From positions 4,703,814-4,767,813 of the forward strand of contig OZ250155.1 in NCBI GenBank assembly GCA_965237775.1: a stretch of DNA of 64,000 nucleotides. Direction: 5' to 3'. Shown here one piece after another: positions 1-10,100 of this stretch; position 1 is the first letter of the stretch, and the number at the start of each line of letters is the position of its first letter. This stretch comes from Dehalococcoidia bacterium. GTDB lineage: Bacteria; Chloroflexota; Dehalococcoidia; Lucifugimonadales; UBA3495. The notes under the pieces were generated by a model. It was not told the origin of the DNA. It made no database searches and saw nothing but the letters and a program-made list of their open reading frames with translations. A program made the position numbers and the translations under genes.

Positions 1-352
1 CGATCTTACGCCACCCGGCCCTGGGCACCCCGTGGGCTTGGGCATAAAACTCCAGGTACTCCCGCACCGTCAGGTCGTCGTACACGCCGAAGAAGTCAGG
101 CATGTAACCGATGTGTCTTCGGGCCTCGGTGGGATGGCGCGTTACATCCTCGCCGGCAACCCAAGCCTGACCTTGAGTAGGCAAAAGCAGGGTTGCCAGG
201 ATACGCAGAGTGGTCGTCTTTCCCGCACCGTTTGGCCCCAGGAAGCCGTAAATGCTGCCCCTGGTCACGGAGAAGCTCAAACCGTCCAGGGCGGTGGACC
301 CGCCGTACCGCTTCACCAGTCCCTCTACGGTGATCGCGTGTTCGCTACTCAC
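1..352 (-). CDS. ABC transporter ATP-binding protein, N-terminal 117 codons (3' part lies beyond the window start)
   Basis: Not in the ORF track because it runs off the window. The reverse complement of 352..1 starts with GTG a few nt after GGAGGGGG. It reads VSSEHAITVEGLVKRYGGSTALDGLSFSVTRGSIYGFLGPNGAGKTTTLRILATLLLPTQG...; GPNGAGKT is an ABC-type Walker A. Confidence 0.8.
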   Translation of the reverse strand, partial: MSSEHAITVEGLVKRYGGSTALDGLSFSVTRGSIYGFLGPNGAGKTTTLRILATLLLPTQGQAWVAGEDVTRHPTEARRHIGYMPDFFGVYDDLTVREYLEFYAQAHGVPRAGWRKI

Positions 353-466
353 GGACCACCCCCTCCAATATCAAAGACGGTATCCCGACCTGTCCGTCCC
401 TGATCACGAGTTGGATTCGCACTAAGCCGCTGGCAGAGACATAATTGTCTAGTCCTCTTTCGTCCC

Positions 467-2950
467 CTAATTCTCCTTCCAGCGCACCCGTGGCCGGGAG
501 CCCGTATGGTGTCGAGTTAAAGATAGCCAAGCCCGGGCCCGGCTGTGGAAACGTTCCCCGGTTTGAGAGAGATGCGCCCCCGGAAGAGATGACTGCATTG
601 GGAAGGAAACTCGCGTCAAGGCCAGCGGTTTCCACGCGCTGTCTCCCCAATGGTACATCATGGCGTCTACGCTCTGTTCCGCCACAGCGGCGCCGTTGAA
701 GGGTACATGGAGGGACGCGGTCCGCATGTCCTGGACCTTAATGGGCGCTTCAAACTGGAAGGTAATGGCTCCCCCTTCACTGATTGCGATATCCGGGATC
801 GCGATATCCGAAGATCCAGGGTCTCCGGTCTGACCTTCAAAGTCCACCACGCGGCCCATGAGCACGCCACTGGGCAGGGAGAAGTTTCCTTCCATTCTGG
901 GTGTTACCGGCTGCACAAACACAGTGAAGGATGGGCCATTGGGCTGCTCATTGTTGACCGAGATTCCGATAGGGCTCTCGTCGGTCCAAGCCACGATAGG
1001 GAAGTACAGGCCGGAAGACGGACCGGCGTAGAAGGACTCTAGGGCTGCCTCGGCCACGGCCTGGAGTTGCTGCTGCTCTCTCTGCTCCCTGGGGCTGTCC
1101 GGTGGAGAGCCGCTGGAGAAACGCAGTCGTTGCCGCCATTGGCGCTGCCCTTCGGAAGAGCCCACCAACCTGATGTCCACGGCGGCGGTATGGCCCGGCT
1201 TCAGGGCGCCCAAGTCCTCTGATGCGCCTCCCGCCATCAGCCAGACCTGCTTCAACGATTCAGGGCTTTGGTTGGTCACCGTGCCCTTCATTCGGTCTCC
1301 CTCTATGTAGAGATCGTAGGACAACACTTCTTCGATCCTTTGGACGCTGTCTGTCAAGAGGTTGCTCATGGTCCACATTCCCATATCCAGCAGCTCTAGT
1401 TCGCTGCTCTCTTCGCCATTGCGGACCCTGATTCCTAAGCCGCCGCGTTCCGCCATCGAACGCGGGCGACCGCGGTCCCAGGACGCAACCAGGGCGCTGC
1501 CGGGGGACTCCGCCCGGTAGTCACCTTGGCGAGGAGCTACAACGCCTACCATACGCCGGACCCGCGCCCAGTCCGTACCGTGTGTTTGTTGGATGATGCT
1601 AACGGCGCTGCCCTGGACGTCACTTCCCTTGGCTCCCACAGCCAGGAAGTAAGCGCTGCTGGAGAACAGGACCGCCAGCGCGGGGATAGTGACCCACGTC
1701 AGCCCTGGGCGCCCGATCCGTCGCAGAACGATGTAGTTAACCGGCCCTGCCAGTAGGATATACCCGCCGATGAGTCCCAATAGAACGTTGATGGATGGAG
1801 GTTCCAAGGCGGGCAGGTTGGACATGGCTTGATGCAGTTGGTGAGGCCACTGGGGGATGCCTCCGCCAGGATAAGTCCGAGGAGCTTGGGTTGGGATTAT
1901 CACGGAGGGCGGCAATGACTGGAACAACAACTCCCTCCACACCCGAGGCATCCCCGCCCAACCGGCCAGGGGCTGTGCCGCTGGATCGAAGGCTAGGAAC
2001 AGCACGCTACCCTGTCCGAGGCGGCTCAGTACGGCCAGAGGCACTCCCCCCTCTTCGGCTAGAATGTGCCCCGACACGACCTGAGAGTCACTCACGCTGA
2101 GATGATATGTCGTCGGGAAGGGTTCATTGCCCAACCGCTCCAGTGCAGAAGCGCTCTCCAGTTCTATGGCGTTTCCGGCAATAACGGGCATGAGCTGTGC
2201 GGGCAGACCCTTCAGATTGACCCCGATGTTCGGGCCCCCGGGTAGAATAAGAACACCTCCGCCAGCCACCCAACCCTCCATAGCCTCCAGCATTCCAGGA
2301 GAGAGCGCCTGGACCTGGACGTCGCCCAGGACAATTACGTCAAAAGATTCCAACACCTCGGGGCGATCGGGGAACGTTTCGGGAGAGATGGGCGCCACCA
2401 CTACCTCCCGTCTCTGGCCGGGAATCTCCAGAGTAGTCAGCAGGTTCCAAGGGCCGGCCCGCTGTCCAACAACACCCACGAAAATGTCGTCCACGCTGAC
2501 GAGACTAATCCGCGGCTCTCGGTTGGCCACCACCTTTCCATCTGAGACTAACTCTACGTTTAGCCTGGATTCAAAGCTCTGGTGGGGCGCATATAGGGTG
2601 AGACGCTTCCGGCTGCCCTTGGGGAGAACGACTTCGTCGATGTACCGGGTGGACTGGCCGCGTGTGTCGATCACGTGGACCTCTCCAACGAAGTCGGGGC
2701 CATGGTTCTCCAGCAGGGCGATTACAGGCGTCCAACTGCCCACCCGCGCTTTGCCGTCAAAACCGACTTCCACCTGGACACTGATGGGGGAGAGTTCCTG
2801 AGCCAAGGCCGCTGGGGGGATGCTCAAGAGCAGAGTTGCGGCCAGAAAGGCGAACATAAACACTATGGACGCTGCCCATATTTTCGAAAGGACCCTACTC
2901 ACACAGGATTTCGCTATCATCCCCGTTAGATCATGGGACATGTCCCCCAC
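467..2950 (-). CDS. Large hypothetical membrane-anchored protein (827 aa), probably co-transcribed with the downstream ABC ATPase
   Basis: Track ORF. It has an N-terminal hydrophobic signal/anchor (IVFMFAFLAATLLLSIPPAALA) and two internal hydrophobic helices (LLGLIGGYILLAGPVNYIVL, WVTIPALAVLFSSSAYFLAV). The stop lies ~115 nt upstream of the ABC ATPase start on the same strand. No family recognised. Confidence 0.6.
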   Translation of the reverse strand: MGDMSHDLTGMIAKSCVSRVLSKIWAASIVFMFAFLAATLLLSIPPAALAQELSPISVQVEVGFDGKARVGSWTPVIALLENHGPDFVGEVHVIDTRGQSTRYIDEVVLPKGSRKRLTLYAPHQSFESRLNVELVSDGKVVANREPRISLVSVDDIFVGVVGQRAGPWNLLTTLEIPGQRREVVVAPISPETFPDRPEVLESFDVIVLGDVQVQALSPGMLEAMEGWVAGGGVLILPGGPNIGVNLKGLPAQLMPVIAGNAIELESASALERLGNEPFPTTYHLSVSDSQVVSGHILAEEGGVPLAVLSRLGQGSVLFLAFDPAAQPLAGWAGMPRVWRELLFQSLPPSVIIPTQAPRTYPGGGIPQWPHQLHQAMSNLPALEPPSINVLLGLIGGYILLAGPVNYIVLRRIGRPGLTWVTIPALAVLFSSSAYFLAVGAKGSDVQGSAVSIIQQTHGTDWARVRRMVGVVAPRQGDYRAESPGSALVASWDRGRPRSMAERGGLGIRVRNGEESSELELLDMGMWTMSNLLTDSVQRIEEVLSYDLYIEGDRMKGTVTNQSPESLKQVWLMAGGASEDLGALKPGHTAAVDIRLVGSSEGQRQWRQRLRFSSGSPPDSPREQREQQQLQAVAEAALESFYAGPSSGLYFPIVAWTDESPIGISVNNEQPNGPSFTVFVQPVTPRMEGNFSLPSGVLMGRVVDFEGQTGDPGSSDIAIPDIAISEGGAITFQFEAPIKVQDMRTASLHVPFNGAAVAEQSVDAMMYHWGDSAWKPLALTRVSFPMQSSLPGAHLSQTGERFHSRARAWLSLTRHHTGSRPRVRWKEN

Positions 2951-3165
2951 ACCACTCGCCGGACTGCGTCGGTCTTTAGACTACGTCTACCGTTGCAGGG
3001 TCCTCTTATTATTCATCTAAATTGTACTATGGCCCCGGAGGGGAGTACCAAGCACAGACAGAAGTTCTTTGATGGAATTGCTACCTCCACTCCCGAGGGT
3101 GACGTGCCCTTGGTGGGAATTGATCCGGCAACCTCGGTAACGTAGAAACGTCGGGTTACTACCGG

Positions 3166-4416
3166 TCAGGGTAGTCCCTGTAATTCCAACGCTTTAACTA
3201 CCCTTTCCACTGCGATCGTGAGCGCGGCATCCCGATAAGACGAGTTGGTCAACTTCGCCTGGGCATTCATCCTCTGGTAGGCGTTTACCAGGATTTCTTC
3301 CAGGGCGCTGTTGACCCGGCCGATATCCCAAGGAAACTGCTGGATGTTCTGGACCCATTCGAAGTAAGAAACGGTGACGCCTCCAGCGTTTACCAAAAGG
3401 TCGGGCAGGGAAGCTATTCCACGGTCGATGAGGTCGGCCTCCGCTTCCGGCGTGACCGGATGATTGGCCGCCTCGATGACTGTTCGCGCCTTGATGTTCG
3501 ACACGTTATTGGCGTGAATCGCTTCTCCCAATGCCGCGGGAATGAGGAAATCGCATTGTAGGGCCAGCAGCTCCTCGTTTGTGACCGGCTCGCCTCCCGG
3601 AAACCCCTGGACCGTTAGCGCCTCCGCTACATGGGCCGTCAACTGGTCCAGGTCCAGCCCAGACTGGTTGAAAACGCCGCCGTTGACATCGCTAACCGCT
3701 ATCACCTTACATCCCATGCCGGACAAGAACCGGGCGGTCCAAGAACCGACGTTGCCAAAGCCCTGGATCACAACCGTGGTTCCTTCAATTGGTTGAAACG
3801 TATCCTTCCAAAACTCCCGGATGATGAGGGATACGCCTCTCCCGGTCGCCTCTTCCCGTCCGGCGGACCCTCCCAGCTCAACCGGCTTTCCGGTTACCAC
3901 CCCGGGCGTGTAGCCGTGCTCTTCTGAATATGCCGACATCATCCAAGCCATCGTCTGGGCGTTTGTCCCAACGTCAGGGGCGGGAATGTCACGGTTGGCG
4001 CCTATCATGTGGCTTATCGAACGGGTGAATACCCGTGTCATGGTCTGTTTCTCGCGGGCGCTCATTGCCGAAGGATCGCATTGCACCCCGCCTTTGGCCC
4101 CACCGAAAGGGATGCCCACGAGAGCTGTCTTCCATGTCATAAGCGCAGCCAGGGCGCGGACCTCCTCCTCGTGCGCTTCCGGATGATAGCGGATACCGCC
4201 CTTGTACGGCCCTCTGGTCCCATTGTGCTGGATGCGGTACCCGATGAATACCTCAAGGCTACCATCGTCCATGCGGACCGGGACCTCTACCCGCAACTCC
4301 TTATCGGGAGTCCGGATCAGGTCTCGAATATCATCCGCGACTCCGAATTGGTCGCAGATCCGATCGAAATTCTGGCACACCGCCTGAAACGGCGTGATGT
4401 TTTCGGAGTTCGCCAC
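3166..4416 (-). CDS. gdhA: Glutamate dehydrogenase (Glu/Leu/Phe/Val dehydrogenase family)
   Basis: 416-aa track ORF with KGGIRYHP, the catalytic glycine-rich loop GIPFGGAKGGV and the dinucleotide-binding GFGNVG motif. Confidence 0.9.
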   Translation of the reverse strand: MANSENITPFQAVCQNFDRICDQFGVADDIRDLIRTPDKELRVEVPVRMDDGSLEVFIGYRIQHNGTRGPYKGGIRYHPEAHEEEVRALAALMTWKTALVGIPFGGAKGGVQCDPSAMSAREKQTMTRVFTRSISHMIGANRDIPAPDVGTNAQTMAWMMSAYSEEHGYTPGVVTGKPVELGGSAGREEATGRGVSLIIREFWKDTFQPIEGTTVVIQGFGNVGSWTARFLSGMGCKVIAVSDVNGGVFNQSGLDLDQLTAHVAEALTVQGFPGGEPVTNEELLALQCDFLIPAALGEAIHANNVSNIKARTVIEAANHPVTPEAEADLIDRGIASLPDLLVNAGGVTVSYFEWVQNIQQFPWDIGRVNSALEEILVNAYQRMNAQAKLTNSSYRDAALTIAVERVVKALELQGLP

Positions 4417-4754
4417 TTAGTCTCCTTCAGGATCACCCAGGTGTTTGGCCGGCATAAAAATAGGGGAGCCGGATGCGGTAGACTTGGGAATGCGCTGAAA
4501 GTTCGGAGAAATCTCTGCGGCTCTCCCCGGATTCCACCTTGTCACCGCATTCTAACGGATTCAGGTATCGGGCGGGCCGTCGCCCTGACATAGCATTAAT
4601 TCGCACCCCGTTGACTGCATGCGTGGATTCTTCCCGTGCCGCTTACGCTACCTACCTGTGGCCATCGTCGCCCGTATGCTCCTAGGAGTTGGTCAACTAG
4701 GTATTGGGATTTGTTTAAGAAAGGGGCCAATTGGGGTATCCTGCCTAGTGGAAA

Positions 4755-5249
4755 GTGTTGATGGCGGGGGTGGCAGTGATGGTCAGGGACAAATACGCGG
4801 TGCGGCTGGCACAGGAACAACGGGAAGAGCTCCAGCATTTGATTCGGGTTGGCAAAAACTCAGCCCGAGTGACCGCTAGAGCGCGGATTCTCCTAAAGAG
4901 CGACGACGGTTGGGCGGCGCCCCAAGTGGCCGAAGCTTTGGATGTGGCCCTGAGCAGCGTATACCGGGTCAAGCAGCGCTTTGCCGAAGAAGGGTTGGAG
5001 AGGGTTTTGCAGGACCGTCCCCAGGCCAACCGGCCCCGGAAGTTGGACGACCGGGGCGAAGCCCACCTGATTGCCTTGGCCTGCAGCCCAGCGCCGGAGG
5101 GCCATGACCACTGGACACTGCGCCTGCTGGCCGGGAAGGTGGTGGAGTTGGGGTTGGCGTCCTCCATGTCCCATGAGGGAGTGCGTAAGCGGCTCAAAAA
5201 AACACTCTCAAGCCGTGGCAGAAGAAGGAGTGGTGCATCCCCAAGGTGA
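4755..5249 (+). CDS. IS630 type-1 transposase orfA (HTH domains)
   Basis: Track ORF ...RLAQEQREELQHLIRVGKNSARVTARARILLKSDDGWAAPQVAEALDVALSSVYRVKQRFAEEGL... Near-identical ORFs occur at 5978..6496, 27856..28374 and 62176..62694(-). Confidence 0.85.
   Translation: MLMAGVAVMVRDKYAVRLAQEQREELQHLIRVGKNSARVTARARILLKSDDGWAAPQVAEALDVALSSVYRVKQRFAEEGLERVLQDRPQANRPRKLDDRGEAHLIALACSPAPEGHDHWTLRLLAGKVVELGLASSMSHEGVRKRLKKTLSSRGRRRSGASPR
5196..5202 (+). promoter_or_regulatory. A7 slippery run, putative -1 frameshift site joining orfA to orfB
   Basis: The sequence is CTC AAA AAA ACA in the orfA frame. The -1 frame continues ...KKNTLKPWQKKEWCIPKVSAEFVANMED, the conserved start of the DDE part. orfA (frame 0) and orfB (frame 2) differ by -1. 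The same run occurs at 6443-6449, 28321-28327 and 62223-62229 (as T7). Confidence 0.6.
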
Positions 5250-5925
5250 GCGCCGAGTTCGTGGCCAACATGGAGGATGTCCTGGATCTCTACGCCGAAC
5301 CCTATGACCCCCAAAGGCCGGTAGTCTGCTTTGACGAGACCTCCACCCAGTTGTTGGCGGAGACCCGGCCCCCGATGCCGCCCCGGCCGGGACTTCCGCT
5401 GCGGCAGGACTACGAATACCGCAGGGAGGGTACCCGCAACGTGTTCTTGGCCTGCGAGCCCTTGGCGGGTTGGCGAGAGGTGGCGGTGACCCAGCGGCGC
5501 ACGATGCAAGACTTCGCCCATCAGATGCGCTGGCTGGCGGATGAAGCCTACCCGGAAGCCGAGGTGGTAAGGGTTGTCTTGGACAATCTGAACACCCATC
5601 GCCGGGCATCGCTGTACGAGACTTTCCCGGCTGAGGAAGCCCGGAGGATTGCCAGGCGGCTGGAGTTCCACTATACCCCCAAGCATGGAAGTTGGTTGAA
5701 TCCTGTCCTGAGCTTGTCGAAGGGATGGCGGAGATCGAGTTCAGCGTCCTGTCCCGCTCCTGCCTGAAGCAGCGGCTCTCCAGCGAGGAGGCCCTCAGGA
5801 GGGAAGTCGATGCTCTGGTCACGGAGCGCAACGCCGCCAGAGCAACCATCAACTGGCGGTTCAATACCCGGGACGCACGAACCAAACTTCACCGCCTTTA
5901 CCCTTTCGATTTTACGATTGACTGA
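5246..5925 (+). CDS. IS630 type-1 transposase orfB (DDE part), split into two frames by a 23-nt insert at 5702-5724
   Basis: VVCFDETSTQL, VVLDNLNTH and FHYTPKHGSWLN lie in ORF 5246..5767. MAEIEFSVLSRSCL..., carrying the catalytic E region, lies in ORF 5692..5925, one further -1 frame away. Confidence 0.75.
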
Positions 5926-5931
5926 GTACTA

Positions 5932-6920
5932 GTACTCAGTCAACTTGGGCTTGGGATTTGTTTAAGAAAGGGGCCAATTGAGCTATCCTGGCTGGTGGGA
6001 AGTGTTGATGGCGGGGGTAGAAGTGATGGTCAGGGACAAATACGCGGTGCGGCTGGCACAGGAACAACGGGAAGAGCTCCAACGACTGGTCCGGGTTGGC
6101 AAAAACTCAGCCCGAGTGACCGCTAGAGGGCGGATTCTCCTAAAGAGCGGCGACGGTTGGGCCGCGCCCCAAGTGGCCGAAGCTTTGGATGTGGCTCTGA
6201 GCACGGTATACCGGGTCAAGCAGCGCTTTGCCGAAGAAGGGTTGGAGAAGGTTTTGCGGGACCGTCCCCAGGCCAACCGGCCCCGGAAGCTGGACGACCG
6301 GGGCGAAGCCCACCTAATTGCCTTGGCCTGCAGCCCGCCGCCGGAAGGACATGACCACTGGACCCTGCGTCTGCTGGCCGGGAAGGTGGTGGAGTTGGGG
6401 CTGGCGTCCTCCATGTCCCATGAGGGGGTCCGAAAGCGTCTCAAAAAAACACTCTCAAGCCGTGGCAGAAGAAGGAGTGGTGCATCCCTAAGGTGAGCGC
6501 GGAATTTGTGGCTAACATGGAGGATGTCCTGGATCTGTACGAGGAACCTCATGATCCCCAACGTCCGGTGGTCTGCTTTGACGAGACCTCCACCCAGTTG
6601 CTGGCCGAGACCCGGCCGCCGCTCCCGCCCCGGCCGGGACGTCCGCTGCGGCAGGACTACGAATACCGCAGGGAGGGTACCCGCAACCTCTTCCTGTCCT
6701 GACCTTGTCGAAGGGATGGCGGAGATCGAGTTCAGCGTGCTGTCCCGCTCCTGCCTGAAGCAGCGGCTCTCCGGCGAGGAGGCCCTAAGGAGGGAAGTGG
6801 ACGCTCTGGTCACGGAGCGCAACAACGCCAGAGCCACCATCAACTGGCGGTTCAACACCCGGGACGCACGAACCAAACTTCACCGCCTTTACCCTTCCGA
6901 TTTTACCGTTGACTGAGTAC
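5932..6920 (+). mobile_element. IS630 type 1, copy 2, internally deleted, head-to-tail with copy 1
   Basis: It starts GTACTCAGTCAACTTGGGCTTGGGATTTG directly after the TA shared with copy 1 and ends GTTGACTGAGTAC plus TA (6921-6922). orfA (5978..6496) is intact. orfB stops after ...EGTRNLFLS because ~250 bp (ACEPLAGW...HGSWLN) are missing relative to copies 1, 3 and 4. Confidence 0.85.
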
Positions 6921-7154
6921 TAGGAGTCGGTCAAATCATCGCCAGGGAGTGAGAAATATCAGTGAATTCCGGCCTGCATCTCAGCATAATGGGGTCCACC
7001 GAATTCCAGATAGTTGTCTGGCCTGTGCCTTTTCGTAGAATTTTCGCGGCGCTACGATAGTCTCCCGAAATGAGGATTCCGCACGTGGAAAGATTCGACT
7101 GCGAATCGGAGGCCCATATCTGGGACATCGACCGAGCCCGGAGGGTTCACGGTT

Positions 7155-10100
7155 GTGCCTGACGAAAGCTCCCTACTCCTAGCCCGTTGCCTCTCGTTGG
7201 ACCTTGAAGTCGGGGTCAAGGACCGCCGCATCCATGCCCTCGCTGGAGTACGCGCGGATACCGGTCAATCCCTGACTCTATCCGTAGCGGGCGGCCGCTT
7301 GGCTTCGGCGTTGGCCAAGCTGGACGACCTTGCCGAAGGCGCGGACTTCGTTCTGGGCCACAATCTCATCGATTTCGACCTCCCCCAATTGCAAGCCGTG
7401 AATCCAGGTTTGCGCCTGTTGCGGCTGCCGGCGGTGGATACACTCAGGCTCAACCCCCTGGCGTTCCCCCGCAACCCCTATCACCACTTGGTCAAGCATT
7501 ACCAAGACGGGCAACTCAAACGCGGGCGCATCAATGACCCGGAACTCGACGCCAGACTTGCGCTGGAGGTTTTCCAGGACCAGCAAAAGGCTCTGAAGAC
7601 TGCGCCGGCCGGCCTGTTAGCAGCCTGGCACTGGCTGACCGCGGCGGATGATGGCGAGGGCTTCGATAGGGTTTTCGAGTACCTTCGTAACTCACCAAGG
7701 CCGTCCGACGCCGAGGGGCGTGACGCGATTTACAGGGTATTGGATGGAAGTTCCTGCCAGACCCATGCCCGCGAGGCCACGGCGGATGCGGCTCGGCGCG
7801 GTTGGGGGGTGGCCTATGCCCTGGCTTGGCTGTCGGTGTCCGGGGGCAACTCGGTCATGCCTCCCTGGGTCCGGCATCAATTTCCGGAGGCGGGGAAGTT
7901 GGTCCGCCGGTTGCGCGACACCGCTTGCGTTGACCCCGGCTGCGGCTGGTGCCGGCAACGTCACGACGCCCGCAAGGAACTGACCCGTTGGTTCGGTTTT
8001 GACGACTTCCGGCCTGAGCCGATGGACGAAGCCGGGCGGCCCTTGCAGCAGTCCATCGTCGAAGCGGTGATGGCTGGGGAACATGTGCTCGGAATCTTGC
8101 CCACCGGCGCAGGCAAGTCCCTTTGCTATCAGGTACCGGCCCTGTCCCGCTACGACAAGACCGGCGCCCTGACGGTGGTGGTCTCGCCCTTGGTCGCGCT
8201 CATGGCCGACCAGGTGGAAGGACTCGAGGCGCGGGGCATCGGTTCTTGCGTAACCATCAATGGGTTCCTCTCCATGCCCGAACGAGCCGATGCGTTGGAC
8301 CGGGTGCGGCTGGGGGACGCCAGCATTCTCATTGTGTCGCCGGAGCAGCTTCGCAATGTCTCCCTGCGCCGTGTCTTGGACCAACGGGAGATCGGGGCAT
8401 GGGTGCTGGACGAGGCCCACTGCCTTTCCAGTTGGGGGCACGACTTCCGGCCCGATTACCGCTACGTGGGCCGCTTCATCCGCGAGAAGGCAGGGGAGGA
8501 GTCTGCGCCTCCGGTGCTGTGCCTGACCGCTACCGCCAAGCCCGATGTGAAGTCTGACATAGTTAATTACTTTGAGAAAGAGCTCGGCGTCAAGCTGAAG
8601 GTCTTCGACGGCGGGGCCCAACGCACCAACCTGGATTTTGTGGTGGTGCAGACGACCAGCGGGCAAAAGTTCGCTCACGTCCACCAGATTTTAACAGCCG
8701 ACCTTCCCACGGATGGACCGGGCGGTGCCATTGTCTATTGCGCCACCCGACGCCAGACCGAAGAGCTGGCGGAGTTCTTGCAGTCAGCAGGATTGGAATC
8801 GGCCCACTTCCACGCGGGACTGCCGCCGGAGACCAAGAAGAACGTCCAGCAAAGCTTCATTCGAGGCGACCTGCGTGCCATCGTAGCCACCAACGCCTTT
8901 GGCATGGGTATCGACAAGCCGGACGTGCGGCTGGTAATCCACGCCGACATACCCGGTTCCCTGGAGAACTACATGCAGGAGGCGGGACGCGCTGGACGGG
9001 ACCAGCAGTCGGCGCGTTGCGTTCTGCTCTACACCCCGGACGACGTGGAGCGTCAATTCGGCATGTCTGCCCGTTCACGGCTTACGCGGCGTGAGATACA
9101 TGGCGTTCTCAGGGCGCTGCGGAATCTGGACCGGAAGAACCGCCTGAACGGCGAGGTGGTGGCCACCGCCGGTGAGATTCTTGGCGAGGACGAAGACAAA
9201 GTATTCGAGCGCGATTCAGCCACCGACGACACCCGCGTGCGGACCGCGGTGGCCTGGCTGGAGGATGCGGTGCTGCTGACCCGCGAGGAGAACCGGGTGC
9301 AGGTCTTTCCGTCCTCGCTGCGGGTGGGTTCAATAGAGGAGGCACGTGCCAAACTCGCAAATGCCCGCATCGCCGATGCCTACCGCCGCCAACTCCTGGC
9401 TATTTCCGCTTCGCTCATCGAGGCGGACCCGGACGAGGGCATCTCCACCGACGAGTTGATGACCGTTTCGGGCCTGACCCCGGAGCGCGTGCGGGGCGCG
9501 CTTCACGATCTGGAAGGCTTGGGCATCGCCAGCAACGATACCGCGTTGACCGCCTTCGTCCACGCGGGAGTTGACCGCAACTCGAAGAAGCGTTTCGACG
9601 AGGCGGCGGAGCTTGAGAAGGGCCTTATCGACCTTCTGCGTGAGGCGGCTCCCGATATGGGCAGGGGTGATACGTCCATGCTCCATCTCCGCCTCGCCAC
9701 CCAACAGCTCAAGGACGAAGGCCATACCTACGCCCTGCCTGAACGCCTGGGGCGCATTGTACGGAGCATCGCCGCCGATGGACGGGGTGACGGCGGCAGT
9801 GGGGGAAGCCTTGGGATTAGGGGCCGCGACCCCGAGACCTTGCAGGTGACGTTGCAACGCGAGTGGGGAGCGTTGGAAAAAACTGCGGAACTCCGCCGCG
9901 CAGCCGCCTCGCGCCTGCTGGACCACCTGCTCGCCTGCCTGCCGCCGGGAAGCCGGGGCACCGACCTACTGGCCGAGACGACACTGGGCAAGCTGCTGGC
10001 GGCGATCAAGGCCGACATGGTCCTAACCAGCGAAGTCAGGGAACCCGCAAAGCTGATGGACCGTGCATTGTTGTGGCTGCACGAGCAGGAGGTCGTCCGG

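Larger units (their letters stand above)
4685..5929 (+). mobile_element. IS630-family insertion sequence, type 1, copy 1
   Basis: Flanked by TA (4683-4684, and 5930-5931 shared with copy 2). The right end is ...GATTGACTGAGTAC. The left end GGAGTTGGTCAACTAGGTATTGGGATTTG is a diverged form of the GTACTCAGTCAACTTGGGCTTGGGATTTG terminus of copies 2-4. It carries an orfA/orfB transposase pair. Confidence 0.85.

Noticed and set aside
32-403. 123-aa plus-strand ORF at the window start
   Set aside because: It lies antisense to a clear ABC ATPase reading frame with a Walker A. Its composition is typical of a GC-rich shadow ORF.
7692-8684. 330-aa minus-strand ORF inside the RecQ region
   Set aside because: It is antisense to an ORF with a full RecQ motif set. 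It is Arg/Gly/Pro-rich with no motifs.
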